Shown here: positions 49,174 to 60,284 of the stretch, one piece after another
How positions within the stretch are numbered: the first letter of the stretch is position 1
How the letters are laid out: every line of letters begins with the position of its first letter
Assembly (NCBI GenBank): GCA_938083505.1
Contig: CALKCF010000002.1
Span: 1-64,000, forward strand
Origin: an uncultured archaeon
GTDB taxonomy: Archaea; Thermoproteota; Nitrososphaeria_A; Caldarchaeales; Wolframiiraptoraceae
Reading direction: 5' to 3'
Length of the DNA stretch: 64,000 bases
The notes under the pieces: generated by a model
What the model was told of the DNA's origin: nothing
Databases searched by the model: none
The model's input: the letters and a program-made list of their open reading frames with translations, nothing else
Position numbers and translations under genes: made by a program

Positions 49174-52100
49174 TTAACTGACTGTGAGCCTTTTATGGAA
49201 AATGATTTTTAGCTTTAACGATTTCTTCCGTTCTAGAATGCTTTTTTCCCTCACCCAATCGTAGACCAAATATGTAGTGCAAGCTATTAGGGTGGTGATT
49301 GATACTATTAAGCCTATGTAAAACCATTTTTGAGGCTCGTATTCGATGGTAATCTCCAAGAGGCCAGTCTGGTTTATCCAGAAGCCATTTATCACGCCGT
49401 ATAATGGCATGGACTGTATTCTTTCTCCATTTACATACGCAACCCATAGAGAGTCGTAAGATTCTGCGAAAGAGAGCATAAATGGTTTGGTTGCGTTTAC
49501 CTTTACCACGTATTTTGTTGGATCGATTTTCTGGTAGCTTATCACCTCTGCTGGATTTTCTTTAGGTGCAAAAATGTCTTCCAAGGTTTCGTTATTATTT
49601 TGGACCGAGTAGAGCCAAATTACGTCCAAGTCTGCTAATGCGTTTATAACCTCTATCATATGTCTTCCTTTTTCTAGGTTTATCGGCCCGATGTAGATCC
49701 ACTTCAGTTGCGGTGAGCTGACTTCATATTTCTTTTCGTTTATATTTATTGTTAGGTTTCCTTTGCTTCTGATTCCGAGTGTGTAGCTTCCAGGTTTTAT
49801 TATCTCTATTTCACCCCAGACTTTTGATGTTAGGTTTAATTCTAGGACTTTACCATTGCTGGCTTCTCCGCCATACTTATTCGATACTATGCTATTTTGG
49901 TAGTAGAGATCTGACTCCGCTTCTAGGACATAGATTATCCTTTTGTCCTGAAGAAGCTGTTCTATTTGATTTTGGACATTTTGATATTCCTGTTTGGGGA
50001 TTAATGCGAATAGGTTTATTGCATTGAGTCCTCCAATGTTTATTAGAGTTATTCTATGAGAGCCTTTTTCTAGATGTAGAACATCTATTTGTTTCCATAC
50101 AAATTTGTTAAGTTGATCTTTAGTGTTTATAGTGTAGCTTTTATTGTCTAGTTGGATTTGAATACTTCCACCTCGCTGGTTTTGGAAGAGGCGGATTAGA
50201 AATACGTATTCGTCTGTTTCATGTATTGTAAATGGAATTTCCAGAGCAACTGTCTTGTCTTTCAGGGTTGAAACAGCCCAAGTGAAAACTAACCCTTCAC
50301 TATAGTCAGATTGCCAGTTCTCAATACCGAATTTTTCTAAGTAAGGGTGCCAATCTGCATGTAGTAAATCTGCTGTTGAGGATTTAGACCAGAGTCTCGC
50401 TGGATTGACGAAATATGTAAATTTAAAGGGTGCTAAAATGACGCCCACCTTGCTAGCCTTCGCATAGAGACATAGTGATTCGAAATCAAGTATTGCTGCT
50501 TGAGCTGCTTTTACCACATCATCCCTACACTCGGTTATCACTGCGATATGAAATGGAAATTGCGGAAATGTTATCGTGTAGAAATTTTCCCCATCTAGAT
50601 CAGATAATATCAAACTCTTTGGGATGTAGAAAAGTGTGAGATTACGCGGATTCTCACATATCGTCAGATAATTTAGTTTATTACAATTCAAATACTGGTA
50701 GTCCACTCTAAAGTTTGATGCGCCTAATATATCGGTTCTCTTAATGATATATTTTATGTTGAGATCGTCTAGAAGCTGCTGAGGCCCCTCTTTTCGAGTC
50801 AACATTTTCACATATTCGAGACCTATATTGTGTGTTGAGCCTATGGATCGTTCCAAGTTTTTAGATATTGATTTTTGATCGTTCCAAACATATCTCCATG
50901 TGCCAAGAATCTTTTGAGCCGAGCTCGGATATATCCATAAAACCTTGTGATCCAAAAGGATTTTATCTTTCATGTCGTAATACTCTAGTGGCATGTAGGT
51001 TGGTGAATATACATCATTTATATAGACTAGCGATGGGGAAGATACTACATTCATAATGATCAGAGCTAGGAGTAAGAATGTCAGGCTAGAACTTTTTTTG
51101 CCCCTTAACGAGCTAAGACCCAATAGTAGTATCATAATAAGGAATATTGGAAGTAAAATGCTAAGTCTTCCCCATTCTCTAAGCGGAGCGAAGAGGTCGA
51201 TATATCCCAATTGTCCGAAGATGTGAATGATGTTGTAGAGGAGGGGATTATTCGTTCCTTGAATAAAGAAGATCAGCCCTATAACGAACACTGCTGAAGG
51301 AAGAACGAGTGCTTTATGTTTCTTTTGTGATACCTCTGAGATGAGTATTGCGAATGTAAACATGAATAAAAGTAGAGAAGTCACACGAAACAGGGGGTTT
51401 TTGAGAAGGGTCGCTGGAACTTTTGGCCACCAATTATTGGAAAACGTGAAGATGTTAATCAAATTTCCATTTCTCGAAAGCATCGATAGCTGATCTATAC
51501 TCATGGGAATAGGATACTCTAGACCCTTAAACATATGCAATAACAGAAGTGGCATGTTCATAAAGAAATAGATAATAATAGGTCCACCAATAAATAAAAG
51601 AAGATTCTTTGCTTTCTTATTAAACAAGAATATCGAAGATATAGTTAAGAACGTATGTATGATAAACATGTAGATAAAGTTGTGAGGTATTATACCGTAG
51701 ATCGCAAATAGCAACGAATAAATTATTAAATTCTTCAGTCTTCTATTCGATATATAGGCCAATCCAAAATATAGATATAATGGAAATATCGCATAAGCAA
51801 CCCATATCCATATATGTGCCAGCCTTTCAACTGACCATAGATTGAGGTAATAGAATAAAGTTATAACCAGAACTAGCATGGCTCGGCGACTTTTTCCTGC
51901 TTCAAACAGAGAACTTAGCTTTAATATACCATAACAGCCTAGAATAATTGAGACTAAAATGGCGACACTTGTAATCTGACTATCAGTAATGGTAGATATT
52001 AAATTTGTTAACGCAGTTATACTTCCTTCCAACAAAAAACTCCGTATAATGTGTAATGTTGGGGCCCCGAGCCGCTCGTTAAATACATAGTAGATCATTC

Positions 52101-52272
52101 GATATTTTTCAAGTCCGGAACTGACACCTATATTTGATGAGAAATCTCCATAAGCAAAATTTAAGTAGCCGTCAAGCAGCGGAAAAAGCAGAGGTTTAAA
52201 TAGAGCAATAAAAATAACTAAAGAAAGCAAAAAAGATACTAAAGGTAAATTTTTTGTGAAAAACTTCTTCAT
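49174..52272 (-). CDS. 1032-aa membrane protein: GT-C-like (YfhO/AftD-like) N-term, beta-rich extracellular domains, C-term TM
   Basis: Many N-term TMs, KYIIKRTD, ESYD..W..ING F, EYEPQKWF plus TM. Confidence 0.7.
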   Translation of the reverse strand: MKKFFTKNLPLVSFLLSLVIFIALFKPLLFPLLDGYLNFAYGDFSSNIGVSSGLEKYRMIYYVFNERLGAPTLHIIRSFLLEGSITALTNLISTITDSQITSVAILVSIILGCYGILKLSSLFEAGKSRRAMLVLVITLFYYLNLWSVERLAHIWIWVAYAIFPLYLYFGLAYISNRRLKNLIIYSLLFAIYGIIPHNFIYMFIIHTFLTISSIFLFNKKAKNLLLFIGGPIIIYFFMNMPLLLLHMFKGLEYPIPMSIDQLSMLSRNGNLINIFTFSNNWWPKVPATLLKNPLFRVTSLLLFMFTFAILISEVSQKKHKALVLPSAVFVIGLIFFIQGTNNPLLYNIIHIFGQLGYIDLFAPLREWGRLSILLPIFLIMILLLGLSSLRGKKSSSLTFLLLALIIMNVVSSPSLVYINDVYSPTYMPLEYYDMKDKILLDHKVLWIYPSSAQKILGTWRYVWNDQKSISKNLERSIGSTHNIGLEYVKMLTRKEGPQQLLDDLNIKYIIKRTDILGASNFRVDYQYLNCNKLNYLTICENPRNLTLFYIPKSLILSDLDGENFYTITFPQFPFHIAVITECRDDVVKAAQAAILDFESLCLYAKASKVGVILAPFKFTYFVNPARLWSKSSTADLLHADWHPYLEKFGIENWQSDYSEGLVFTWAVSTLKDKTVALEIPFTIHETDEYVFLIRLFQNQRGGSIQIQLDNKSYTINTKDQLNKFVWKQIDVLHLEKGSHRITLINIGGLNAINLFALIPKQEYQNVQNQIEQLLQDKRIIYVLEAESDLYYQNSIVSNKYGGEASNGKVLELNLTSKVWGEIEIIKPGSYTLGIRSKGNLTININEKKYEVSSPQLKWIYIGPINLEKGRHMIEVINALADLDVIWLYSVQNNNETLEDIFAPKENPAEVISYQKIDPTKYVVKVNATKPFMLSFAESYDSLWVAYVNGERIQSMPLYGVINGFWINQTGLLEITIEYEPQKWFYIGLIVSITTLIACTTYLVYDWVREKSILERKKSLKLKIIFHKRLTVS

Positions 52273-52282
52273 AATTCACCAA

Positions 52283-53190
52283 TCAACTTCTCTTTTTTGA
52301 CGGATGTTCTAAAAAAGCATATAAGTCCATTCTGGTGGATATGATAAGAGTTTATTAATATCAACAACTGTGATGTCATTGTCATGCGATGCAAGTGGAA
52401 CATCAATATTTTCTTGGAATGAAATACTCAACTGTATAGCCTAAGCCTCTCAGCATAAATAGCAAGTCAATATGTTTATGTTTGCCCAGCAATGTGGGAT
52501 GCATCTCAATAAAGAGGTCGGGTAGGTGTTTAGAGATTCTTCTATAACACCCTTTGACTAAGTGGTATTCATGACCTTCTACATCCATTCTAATCAAATC
52601 AATTTTTCGAGTGATTGAAGAAGCTCATCTCCTGTTGTGACTACAATTTCGAATTGGGATACATTATCATGATCCTCGTCTTCTAACAAGCGGTGCCAGT
52701 TTGAACCATGGCTATATATTATTTTTGACAATACAACTTTATCAGATAAAGCCACATTAATTGCCTTTACATTATTGATATTATTTAGCTTGATATTCTT
52801 CATTAAATATTAGAAGTTTAGCCGAACGGGTTCAATACTAATAACTACACCATCCATACCAAGAAGCTTCGCTTTTAAAATTGTGTAATATCCTATATTA
52901 CTACCAACATCAACTACAACCACTTTGCTTATAGTCTTCTTTAGTTTTTTAATTTTTTGATTAGTATTTTCGTTGATAATGGTTCATGTATTTTAAATAT
53001 TTTTAATTCTCGTGATATGCCACGGTCGTGGAGGATAATGTACATTTTTTGGCTTGTATTTAGTCATAATAATATCTATTTTATGGGGTGGAGGCCAAAT
53101 GTGAATTACCAAATTGAAAATGAATGTTTTGGTTGCCTTCCGTAGACCCCATATTCTGGCTACAGTAATATTTGATGAATTCCCCAAGTT
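52283..53190 (-). pseudogene. FkbM family methyltransferase
   Basis: IHEP, VDVGSNIGYY, IEP and RMDVEGHE spread over frames with stops; ends approximate. Confidence 0.8.
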
Positions 53191-53204
53191 TCTTAATATT
53201 CTTG

Positions 53205-53800
53205 AAAACCATAGTTCTCATCCTTTTTATATACCCTATTTAAGTTCGGGGAAGGGTTTATGGCCTGGTTTGTCTCAGCTGACTTGCATTGGATAGGTTT
53301 GAGGTGGAACGTATAATCTCTGTCATATCTACTACCGTCTCTAGGCATTATCCTAGGTTTGTGGTGATGAGCCTGTACGAGCTGATAGCCTTCGGTGTTA
53401 TGGCCCATAAGTATTTTGATACCTTGGTTAAGCGTCTATGCCTCGAATAAGGTATAACAAGGTTGTTGAGAGGCTTAATAGGTATGAGGAGCTTCTACTG
53501 AGGTGTTTAAGTATGTTTGAACTAGGCGATCTTGTTATTGTGGATTCTACACCTATAGAGACCAAGGCCTTGGCTAGGCATGGTAGGCATCGGAGGAGGG
53601 GTGAGAGCACCTTGATAGAGGAGGCCGAGTCGATGGAATATAATGCCTCAAAAAGGGGTTCTACGAAGGCTACAAAGCCACTGTTGCCTCAGACGGCTTA
53701 TACGTCCGCCTGATAGGGATAGACCCTGCCAGCGTCCACGACGAAGGCTTTGATGAATAGGTTCGTAGAGGGGTTTCAGGGGTTAAGGTCATGGTTTCAC
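53205..53800 (+). mobile_element. IS982-family transposase remnant
   Basis: PRIRYNKVVERLNRYE and IVDSTPIETK, then (F)YEGYK in a shifted frame; truncated; ends approximate. Confidence 0.75.
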
Positions 53801-53849
53801 ACCCACAACTCTTCTTTCACTACTTTAACACCTGGAGGGTTCCTGCTAT

Positions 53850-54510
53850 TTAATCACTTTTCACTTTACTTGCTAAATATCCTAATCCTGCTGAAAAATA
53901 TTCTAAGATTTTTAAAATGATTACTCCTAAAGTAAGTGAGGGCTTAGAATAAAATCGCTTATTTTTGAGGAAGATTGAAAATCTGTAAAAAATGTCCATT
54001 TGCTTATCGGCGTATTCGCCAAATTTTTCTTTGTATTTGGAGGCGTTTTTTCCATAGTAAAACTTCTTTTTCAACCACTTCCAAAGAGAGAAGTTTTCCT
54101 CGTGATGTAAGATTTCAGCCTTTATTCTTTGCTTAACATTATAGCCTAGTGATTCTATCTTTTGTGGCAAGATGGTCTCCTCAAAGAAAATTATGTCTTC
54201 GTCAAAACCATTTACCTTCTTAGCTAGATCTTTCTTGAAAAATCTTGCAGACTCTATTTCTGTTCCAGCGTAGAAACTTCTCTCGAAATCTCTAACCTTA
54301 GTCCAAGATGAGTTGCCAATAGATTTTTCCGGAATAATTATGCCACCAATCCCTTTGTCATTTTTCATTAGACTGGCACACTCTCAAATTACATTTCTGG
54401 TCAATTCCATATCGGGATCTATAAAGTAAACATATTTACCTCCAGCCTTTTTGAGACCAAAAGTTTTTTACTTCAAAACGTTTGGCATCTAACTCTAAAA
54501 CTTTTACCCA
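53850..54510 (-). pseudogene. GT2 glycosyltransferase, N-terminus disrupted
   Basis: GGKYVYFIDPD in another frame; ARFF..GFDE..EE..KKFYYG in 53850-54368. Confidence 0.75.
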
Positions 54511-54611
54511 TGATTTTTTGTAATTTCTTTAAGAAACACCCTTAAAGTGTTTAAGCAATCTAGGATACAATATAATATGTTGTATATATTATAAATCATA
54601 ATATTTTGGTT

Positions 54612-55487
54612 TTAACTTTGGATGATCTTAATGAGCGTAGTTAATCGTTGAATATATGTATGTTCCTTGTAAGCTCTTTTTTGTGCTCGCTCAGAAATTC
54701 TTTTCCTTTCTTCCTTCATTGCTATGTAATATCTAGCTAGTTTAATGAGCTCATTATTGTCGTTATACACGATAACTTCTTCCCCACTTTTAAACATATT
54801 ATCTATCCCATAAGCATTATCGGTGAGAAGGAATGCTCCACTTCCCGTAGCTTCAAAGGTTCTCATATTAACTTTATATGGTAAGTCATCCTCCATGTGT
54901 ACGTTTAGGACTATTTTCGCAGCATTAAAAGCCTTAACCATTTCTGTCCCGTATATCCCATCATCTGCCTCAACTCCATGAAAGAAATACTTCCAGTATG
55001 GACCCCAAACCTTAACTTTCAGTCCAACTTTTTTAAGCAATTTTATAATTCTGCCCCTTCTCAACGTGTATGTACCAACAAAACATATATCTGAGCCGTA
55101 AAGCCTAGTCTCCTCATCACTTAGTTTAACCCTTCTATGCACAGTTGGTTCACACGCAAACGGAAGAAAGTGAACGTTATTGCATCCTATTCTTTTATAC
55201 ATTTCCATAGCCCTCTCTGAGGCTGTAAAGATGTAATCATAGCTTGGTGCTATATATCTAACGAGGCTATTGAAAAATCTCGGATCGTCAGGATACCATA
55301 AGGCCGTCCTCGCCCCCAAGTTTTCTTTAATCCATTCAATAGTCTCCGGTTTCACCGCTTCGCCCTTAATTGACAAAACTAAATCTGGACAGAATGTTTC
55401 GGCACTCCTCCTTATCTCCTCATTTACCTTATTCAGCCATAGCAGATTCGCTATATCCCTTAAGGATTTAGACCTAGTAATTGCCAT
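54612..55487 (-). CDS. CgeB/DUF3880-type glycosyltransferase (N-terminus possibly damaged)
   Basis: WYPDDP, FVGT, NMRTFEATGSG, EHTYIQR. Confidence 0.8.
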   Translation of the reverse strand: MAITRSKSLRDIANLLWLNKVNEEIRRSAETFCPDLVLSIKGEAVKPETIEWIKENLGARTALWYPDDPRFFNSLVRYIAPSYDYIFTASERAMEMYKRIGCNNVHFLPFACEPTVHRRVKLSDEETRLYGSDICFVGTYTLRRGRIIKLLKKVGLKVKVWGPYWKYFFHGVEADDGIYGTEMVKAFNAAKIVLNVHMEDDLPYKVNMRTFEATGSGAFLLTDNAYGIDNMFKSGEEVIVYNDNNELIKLARYYIAMKEERKRISERAQKRAYKEHTYIQRLTTLIKIIQS

Positions 55488-55622
55488 TCTAACGGTGTTT
55501 ACAAACCGACCGAGCCTTTCTTTATAACCATAGAATTTGACAGCATATCCGAGCCTAGTAGCAGTATTCTCATAGCTAAAATAGTTTAAGGTTATTTTGC
55601 AGTCCAGTACATGATGCCCTGT

Positions 55623-57635
55623 TTACGCTTTGTAGAATATAATATTGGTTTTAGTTAATTTCTTCAACCGTTCTAGCGTGACGTTATTCTTTATCCAACT
55701 ATAAGCCAAGTACAGGGTACAGGCGATTAGAGTTATACCGGATATTATTGAACCAATATGGAACCATTTTTGGGGCGGGTACTCTATGATGATCTCCAAT
55801 AAGCCGGTCTGGTTGATCCAAAAACCATTAATGAAACCATAAAGAGGAATTGATGAATAGCTTTCGTTGGAAACATAGGCGCGCCATTCACTGTCATAAG
55901 GGGCCGCAAATGCTAGTAAGAAAGGAGATGAGGTGTTTATTGTTACTTTCCATAAGGTAGGACTTTCTTGTTTATACTTAATTATTTCTGTCTTCCCCAT
56001 ATTTTGCAGAAAAACTTCTTTCAACTTTTTGTTTTCATCGCTTGTATAAATCCATATATCTCCTAAACGCGTGTTATCTAACGCTTTAATTTTTAGTTCT
56101 TGGCAACCCCTTGTTAAAAATGTGGAACCGACATCGATTATTCCATATTGGTTAGAAGCTACATAGAATGTTTGGTTGGCGATGGTTATTTCGGCAGTTC
56201 CTAAAATTTCAGCCGAAATTCTATAGTTACCTTCTTTGAGGATATGCAAGTTTTTTATTACGATTTTCTGTTTTGGAATTATCAAGATATCATCGAATTT
56301 CTGTTTTGGAATTATTAAGATATCATCGAACCATGTGGTTGCATTTCCTTTTGACGTGTCTAACACCCAGCCGGCATTTAATGCTATCCGTAGCATAGTT
56401 ATTTCACTATCTAATTCTAAGTCGGCAATGTGTTTCTTCCAATTATATGATCCATATTGAGCTGCGGGCACTTGAATGAGTTGAATCCATGTGTTTGTAG
56501 TCCTGTTTAATCCTTCTATGACTATATGGCTTGCTTCGGCATTTTCCTGTTTTATATGCGTTACTATTTGATATTCGCCTGGAGTTATTGGTATCGCTGA
56601 GCTTCTTATCCAGCTCCAATGCCAAGTGGAGGTTACCTGTGTTGTTACTTTAAGGCTAACGTTTCCTCGATATTTTACCTGGTCGTCAAGTGTAGCCGTA
56701 AACCCTTCTTCTGGTTGAGACCAGTAAAGTGGATAATGGTCTACTGCTTCTTCAAAAGAAGGGTTCTTTACAATGTTAGTTTCAAAACTTAGTGGATCTA
56801 TGAGGTAAATTATTGTTGCGTTTTTTAGTTTTGATGTGAGCATTTGTTCTGTTTGCCCTTTGCTCAATATTAATATTTGGTCTATGTAGTTTTCTCCGTC
56901 TATGTTGGAGATTGTTAATGTATGAGATTGACTTGAGTTTCCTTGGTATAGTTTCACCCACTCAAGTGAAAAGGCACTAGATAAAGTTATCACATTTCTT
57001 TCATTCTCACCATCTAACATGAATCTTATTTTTCCTCCGTTTGGCCATTTAAGGATCTTCGCCCATATTTCAAAAAGGCCTTTCATTTCTATTGGTATTT
57101 TTAACTCGCTTTCAGCTTTCGTGAACGCTCCGTTGTTTATTGTAGATGCGAAGAGATAATTGTACCAGAACCAGTTTTTGCTATTTATCCAACCTTTTTG
57201 GGCGTCTGTTTGTATTGCATAGTTTCCAGGATCTATTTTTGTCCCTAACAATATTGATATTATGTCAAGCATGTCGTTTTTTATAACGAATATTGGAGTA
57301 TTGATTTTCAGTTGAGTAATGTCAGTTAAATAAGCAATGTCTGTTAGGTTTAATAATTTTGCTAGGTGGATCAATATTGATAGTTCAGCCGTCCCATATA
57401 TTACCGTGGAAGGCGTATATATGAATTCTGTTGTTTTTGTATTTTGATACAACTTGAACTCAGGTTTTTCGTCTTTAAGTTCGAGGTCCCGTTGATGCGT
57501 GATGAAGTTAGATGTCACGTCAGGCTCCCACTTTTCGAGGAGGTAGGGATAAAGAGCTAACGGGACGTAAAGTGGATACTTTGATGTAAAGTCTTTTCTT
57601 TGGATTACGTATTTTGTGGCGAATAGGCTTATCAA
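55623..57635 (-). pseudogene. 5'-truncated paralog of the 1032-aa protein with a CBM4/9-like domain
   Basis: Starts at KYVIQRKD just after an in-frame stop; NPSFE...WFDD module; C-term closely similar to 49174-52272. Confidence 0.7.
56265..56330. repeat. 33-bp tandem duplication with one synonymous difference
   Basis: FDDILIIPKQK x2; TTA vs TTG Leu codon. Confidence 0.95.
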
Positions 57636-57763
57636 ATTACCGAATTGTTGTGTTTAGTTTTCGTCTTTAGATGTAGTCGCGACATTTCAGGTGCTACAAG
57701 AAATACTACGAAGATCCAAAGATGGATGGGTTTAAGCACAACCCCCATGTACAAATAGTTTTT

Positions 57764-57786
57764 ATAATAAGCTTAAAACTTATTAT
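57764..57786. promoter_or_regulatory. inverted repeat over the iscS promoter
   Basis: ATAATAAG-N7-CTTATTAT. Confidence 0.35.
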
Positions 57787-57814
57787 GAAGTTGATAAATA
57801 AAGTATGTTTTTAG

Positions 57815-58579
57815 ATGATCGTGACAGAAAATGTCCGTAAACTTCTTAAAGCCCACGAAGGGCTAAAACGTGAAGTTTACTTAGATATTGAGAACTCAAG
57901 CTTCGTTCTCCCAGAAGTGATTGAAGCTATGCTTCCATACTTTAACAAACGTGCTTATGTCAACCCTACGCTTACTCATAAACCGGGATGGGAAGCTTAC
58001 GACGCTATAATGGAGTCAGCCCAAACAATTGCAAGGTATTTTGGCTGTAAAAGTATCGAAGAGATCAACTTTACGCCAGGAGAGGCTGAGGCTAACAACC
58101 TTGCCTTGCTTGGTGCAGTCTCTCAAATGTGTGTAAAACGCGGAAAAATCGTGATTTCTGAGATTGAACCGTTAAGCATCATGCACGTAGCGGAAATACT
58201 TTCCAAACAAGGATTTTCAATGATTAAAGTGTCCGTGGATGGTGAGGGTTTTATAGACCTTGAAAAACTTAAAGAGGCTGTAGACGATGAAATAGTTATC
58301 GCGAGCTTCTCCGCTGTTAACTGTGAAGGTGAGGCATTAACCATTGAGTTAAGCTTGAACAGTGTGTACGTTTCAAGCGGAAGCGCTTGCACAAGACACT
58401 TATTGCAACCAAGCCATGTGTTAGTCGCCATAGGTAGAAAATTTGAGGAAGCTCACGGCAGCATCCTCATGAAAGCTACACGTATACGCACAGAGGCGGA
58501 TATAGACTATGTATTTGAAGTTTTGTCAAAGGTCGTTGAAAGACTTAGAGGAATAACGGGCTCAATGGTGGCCGAGTAG
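57815..58579 (+). CDS. iscS: IscS/NifS-like protein with large in-frame internal deletion
   Basis: VYLD, FTPG..EANN, then SAVN fused directly to CEGEAL..SSGSAC; no HxDA or SxHK PLP motifs. Confidence 0.8.
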   Translation: MIVTENVRKLLKAHEGLKREVYLDIENSSFVLPEVIEAMLPYFNKRAYVNPTLTHKPGWEAYDAIMESAQTIARYFGCKSIEEINFTPGEAEANNLALLGAVSQMCVKRGKIVISEIEPLSIMHVAEILSKQGFSMIKVSVDGEGFIDLEKLKEAVDDEIVIASFSAVNCEGEALTIELSLNSVYVSSGSACTRHLLQPSHVLVAIGRKFEEAHGSILMKATRIRTEADIDYVFEVLSKVVERLRGITGSMVAE

Positions 58580-58581
58580 TC

Positions 58582-59043
58582 TTGTCGCGCTTCCCCCTAC
58601 CCTACACTCAAAAAATCTTGGATCTGTTTAGGAATCCAAAGAATTTAGGGAAAATGAAGGACGCCACTGTTTCAGCGGTAGCCGGCAACCCTCAATGCGG
58701 AGATATGATAACTTTCTATTTGAAGATCAACGAGCAAGACGTGAGTGAAAAGTCGACATTTGAAAGAACTGAAAAAATTAATCAGATGAAGCTTGAAGAT
58801 GCTTGGAAAATTTTGTGGAAGAGCATTGTCGAAGAGTTGGGAGGGCTGCCGGCTGTCAAATTTCACTATGGCATATTGGCTGTTGGAGCTTTGAGACGGG
58901 CTATTCGCGCTTCCTACAAAATGCGGCAACAAATTCCAGAGTGGCTACCGAAAGAATTAACCTTTGAAGAAAAACAAGCATTAGAAGAGGAGCTGGCAAA
59001 AATCCTTTCGAAGAGAATGAAGATGGTAGAAGAAGGTGCTTGA
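58582..59043 (+). CDS. iscU: IscU-like scaffold with in-frame deletion and lost cysteines
   Basis: FRNPKNLG and GNPQCGD kept; GC..AS segment missing; KFHY instead of KxHC. Confidence 0.8.
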   Translation: MSRFPLPYTQKILDLFRNPKNLGKMKDATVSAVAGNPQCGDMITFYLKINEQDVSEKSTFERTEKINQMKLEDAWKILWKSIVEELGGLPAVKFHYGILAVGALRRAIRASYKMRQQIPEWLPKELTFEEKQALEEELAKILSKRMKMVEEGA

Positions 59044-60284
59044 AGATGTTCAATCCCTACAAGGTTAGGGAAGACTTCCCTATATTGAAACGAAAGATAG
59101 ACGGTAATCAGATCATATACTTTGACAATGCGGCAACATCCCAAAAGCCAAGGCAGGTCATCGAAGCGATGAAAAAGTTCTACGAAGAACAAAATGCCAA
59201 CGTTCACCGCGCAGTGCATACATTATCACTGGAAGCTACGGAACTTTATGAGGAGGCCCACGAGGAGGTTGCTGAATTCATAGGCGCCAAGAGTATGGAA
59301 GAAATAATCTTTGTAAGGGGCACAACGGAGGCCATAAACCTCGTTGCCTATTCGTGGGGGCTTCACAACCTTAAACGGGGAGACGAGGTTCTCGTAACTC
59401 TCATGGAGCATCATAGCAACATAGTTCCATGGGAGATTCTCTCAGAAATAAAAGGATTTAAAGTTAAGTATTTAGATGTTAACCTGGATGGTACATTAAA
59501 CTATGAATTGTTAAAGGAAATGTTAACACCTAGAGTAAGGCTTGTCTGCGTAACCCATGTTTCGAACGTGACGGGCGTCATTAATGATGTGGAAACTGTT
59601 GCGAAACTCGCCCATGAAAATGACGCTTTAGTTCTTGTGGATGGTGCCCAATCAGTACCCCACATACCCGTAAATGTCCAAAAGTTGGACTGTGACTTCT
59701 TGGCTTTCTCCGGTCACAAGATGCTTGGGCCAACGGGGATAGGCGTCTTGTATGGTAAACGGGAAATTCTTGAAAAAATGAAGCCCTTTCATGGCGGTGG
59801 CGGAATGATTAATGAAGTTTCCTTTAACCTAGAGATGCATAGATGCAAAATCTCATGGAACGAACTACCATGGAGGTTTGAGGCTGGAACCCCGGACATA
59901 GGTGGGGCTGTTGGCTTAACGGCCGCCATAAAGTATTTGAGGACTCTTGGAATGGAAAACGTGAAGACCCACGAATACAAATTAACCGAATACACCATGA
60001 AACACTTGAAGGAATGCCCAAAAGTCACGGTTTACGGTCCTAAAGATGCTGCGCTAAAATGTGGGATAATACCATTCAATGTTGAAAGATTAGATTCTCA
60101 TGATGTAGCCTTACTTTTAAACAGTTATGGAATAATGATAAGGAGCGGGTTCCACTGCGCCCAGCCTCTTCACGAAAAGCTTAAAATTCCCTCATCCGCA
60201 AGAGTCAGCTTTTACGTTTATAATACTCAAGAAGAAGTGGACCGCTTTATCGAAGCCTTAAAGGAGATAGAAGGGGTTTTATGA
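59040..60284 (+). CDS. sufS: cysteine desulfurase SufS
   Basis: YFDNAATSQKP, EHHSN, DGAQ, SGHKMLGPTG, RSGFHCAQP. Confidence 0.96.
   Translation: MKMFNPYKVREDFPILKRKIDGNQIIYFDNAATSQKPRQVIEAMKKFYEEQNANVHRAVHTLSLEATELYEEAHEEVAEFIGAKSMEEIIFVRGTTEAINLVAYSWGLHNLKRGDEVLVTLMEHHSNIVPWEILSEIKGFKVKYLDVNLDGTLNYELLKEMLTPRVRLVCVTHVSNVTGVINDVETVAKLAHENDALVLVDGAQSVPHIPVNVQKLDCDFLAFSGHKMLGPTGIGVLYGKREILEKMKPFHGGGGMINEVSFNLEMHRCKISWNELPWRFEAGTPDIGGAVGLTAAIKYLRTLGMENVKTHEYKLTEYTMKHLKECPKVTVYGPKDAALKCGIIPFNVERLDSHDVALLLNSYGIMIRSGFHCAQPLHEKLKIPSSARVSFYVYNTQEEVDRFIEALKEIEGVL

Noticed and set aside
53203-53800. Terminal inverted repeats for the IS982 remnant
   Set aside because: Only a weak AAACCAT/ATGGTTT match; not convincing
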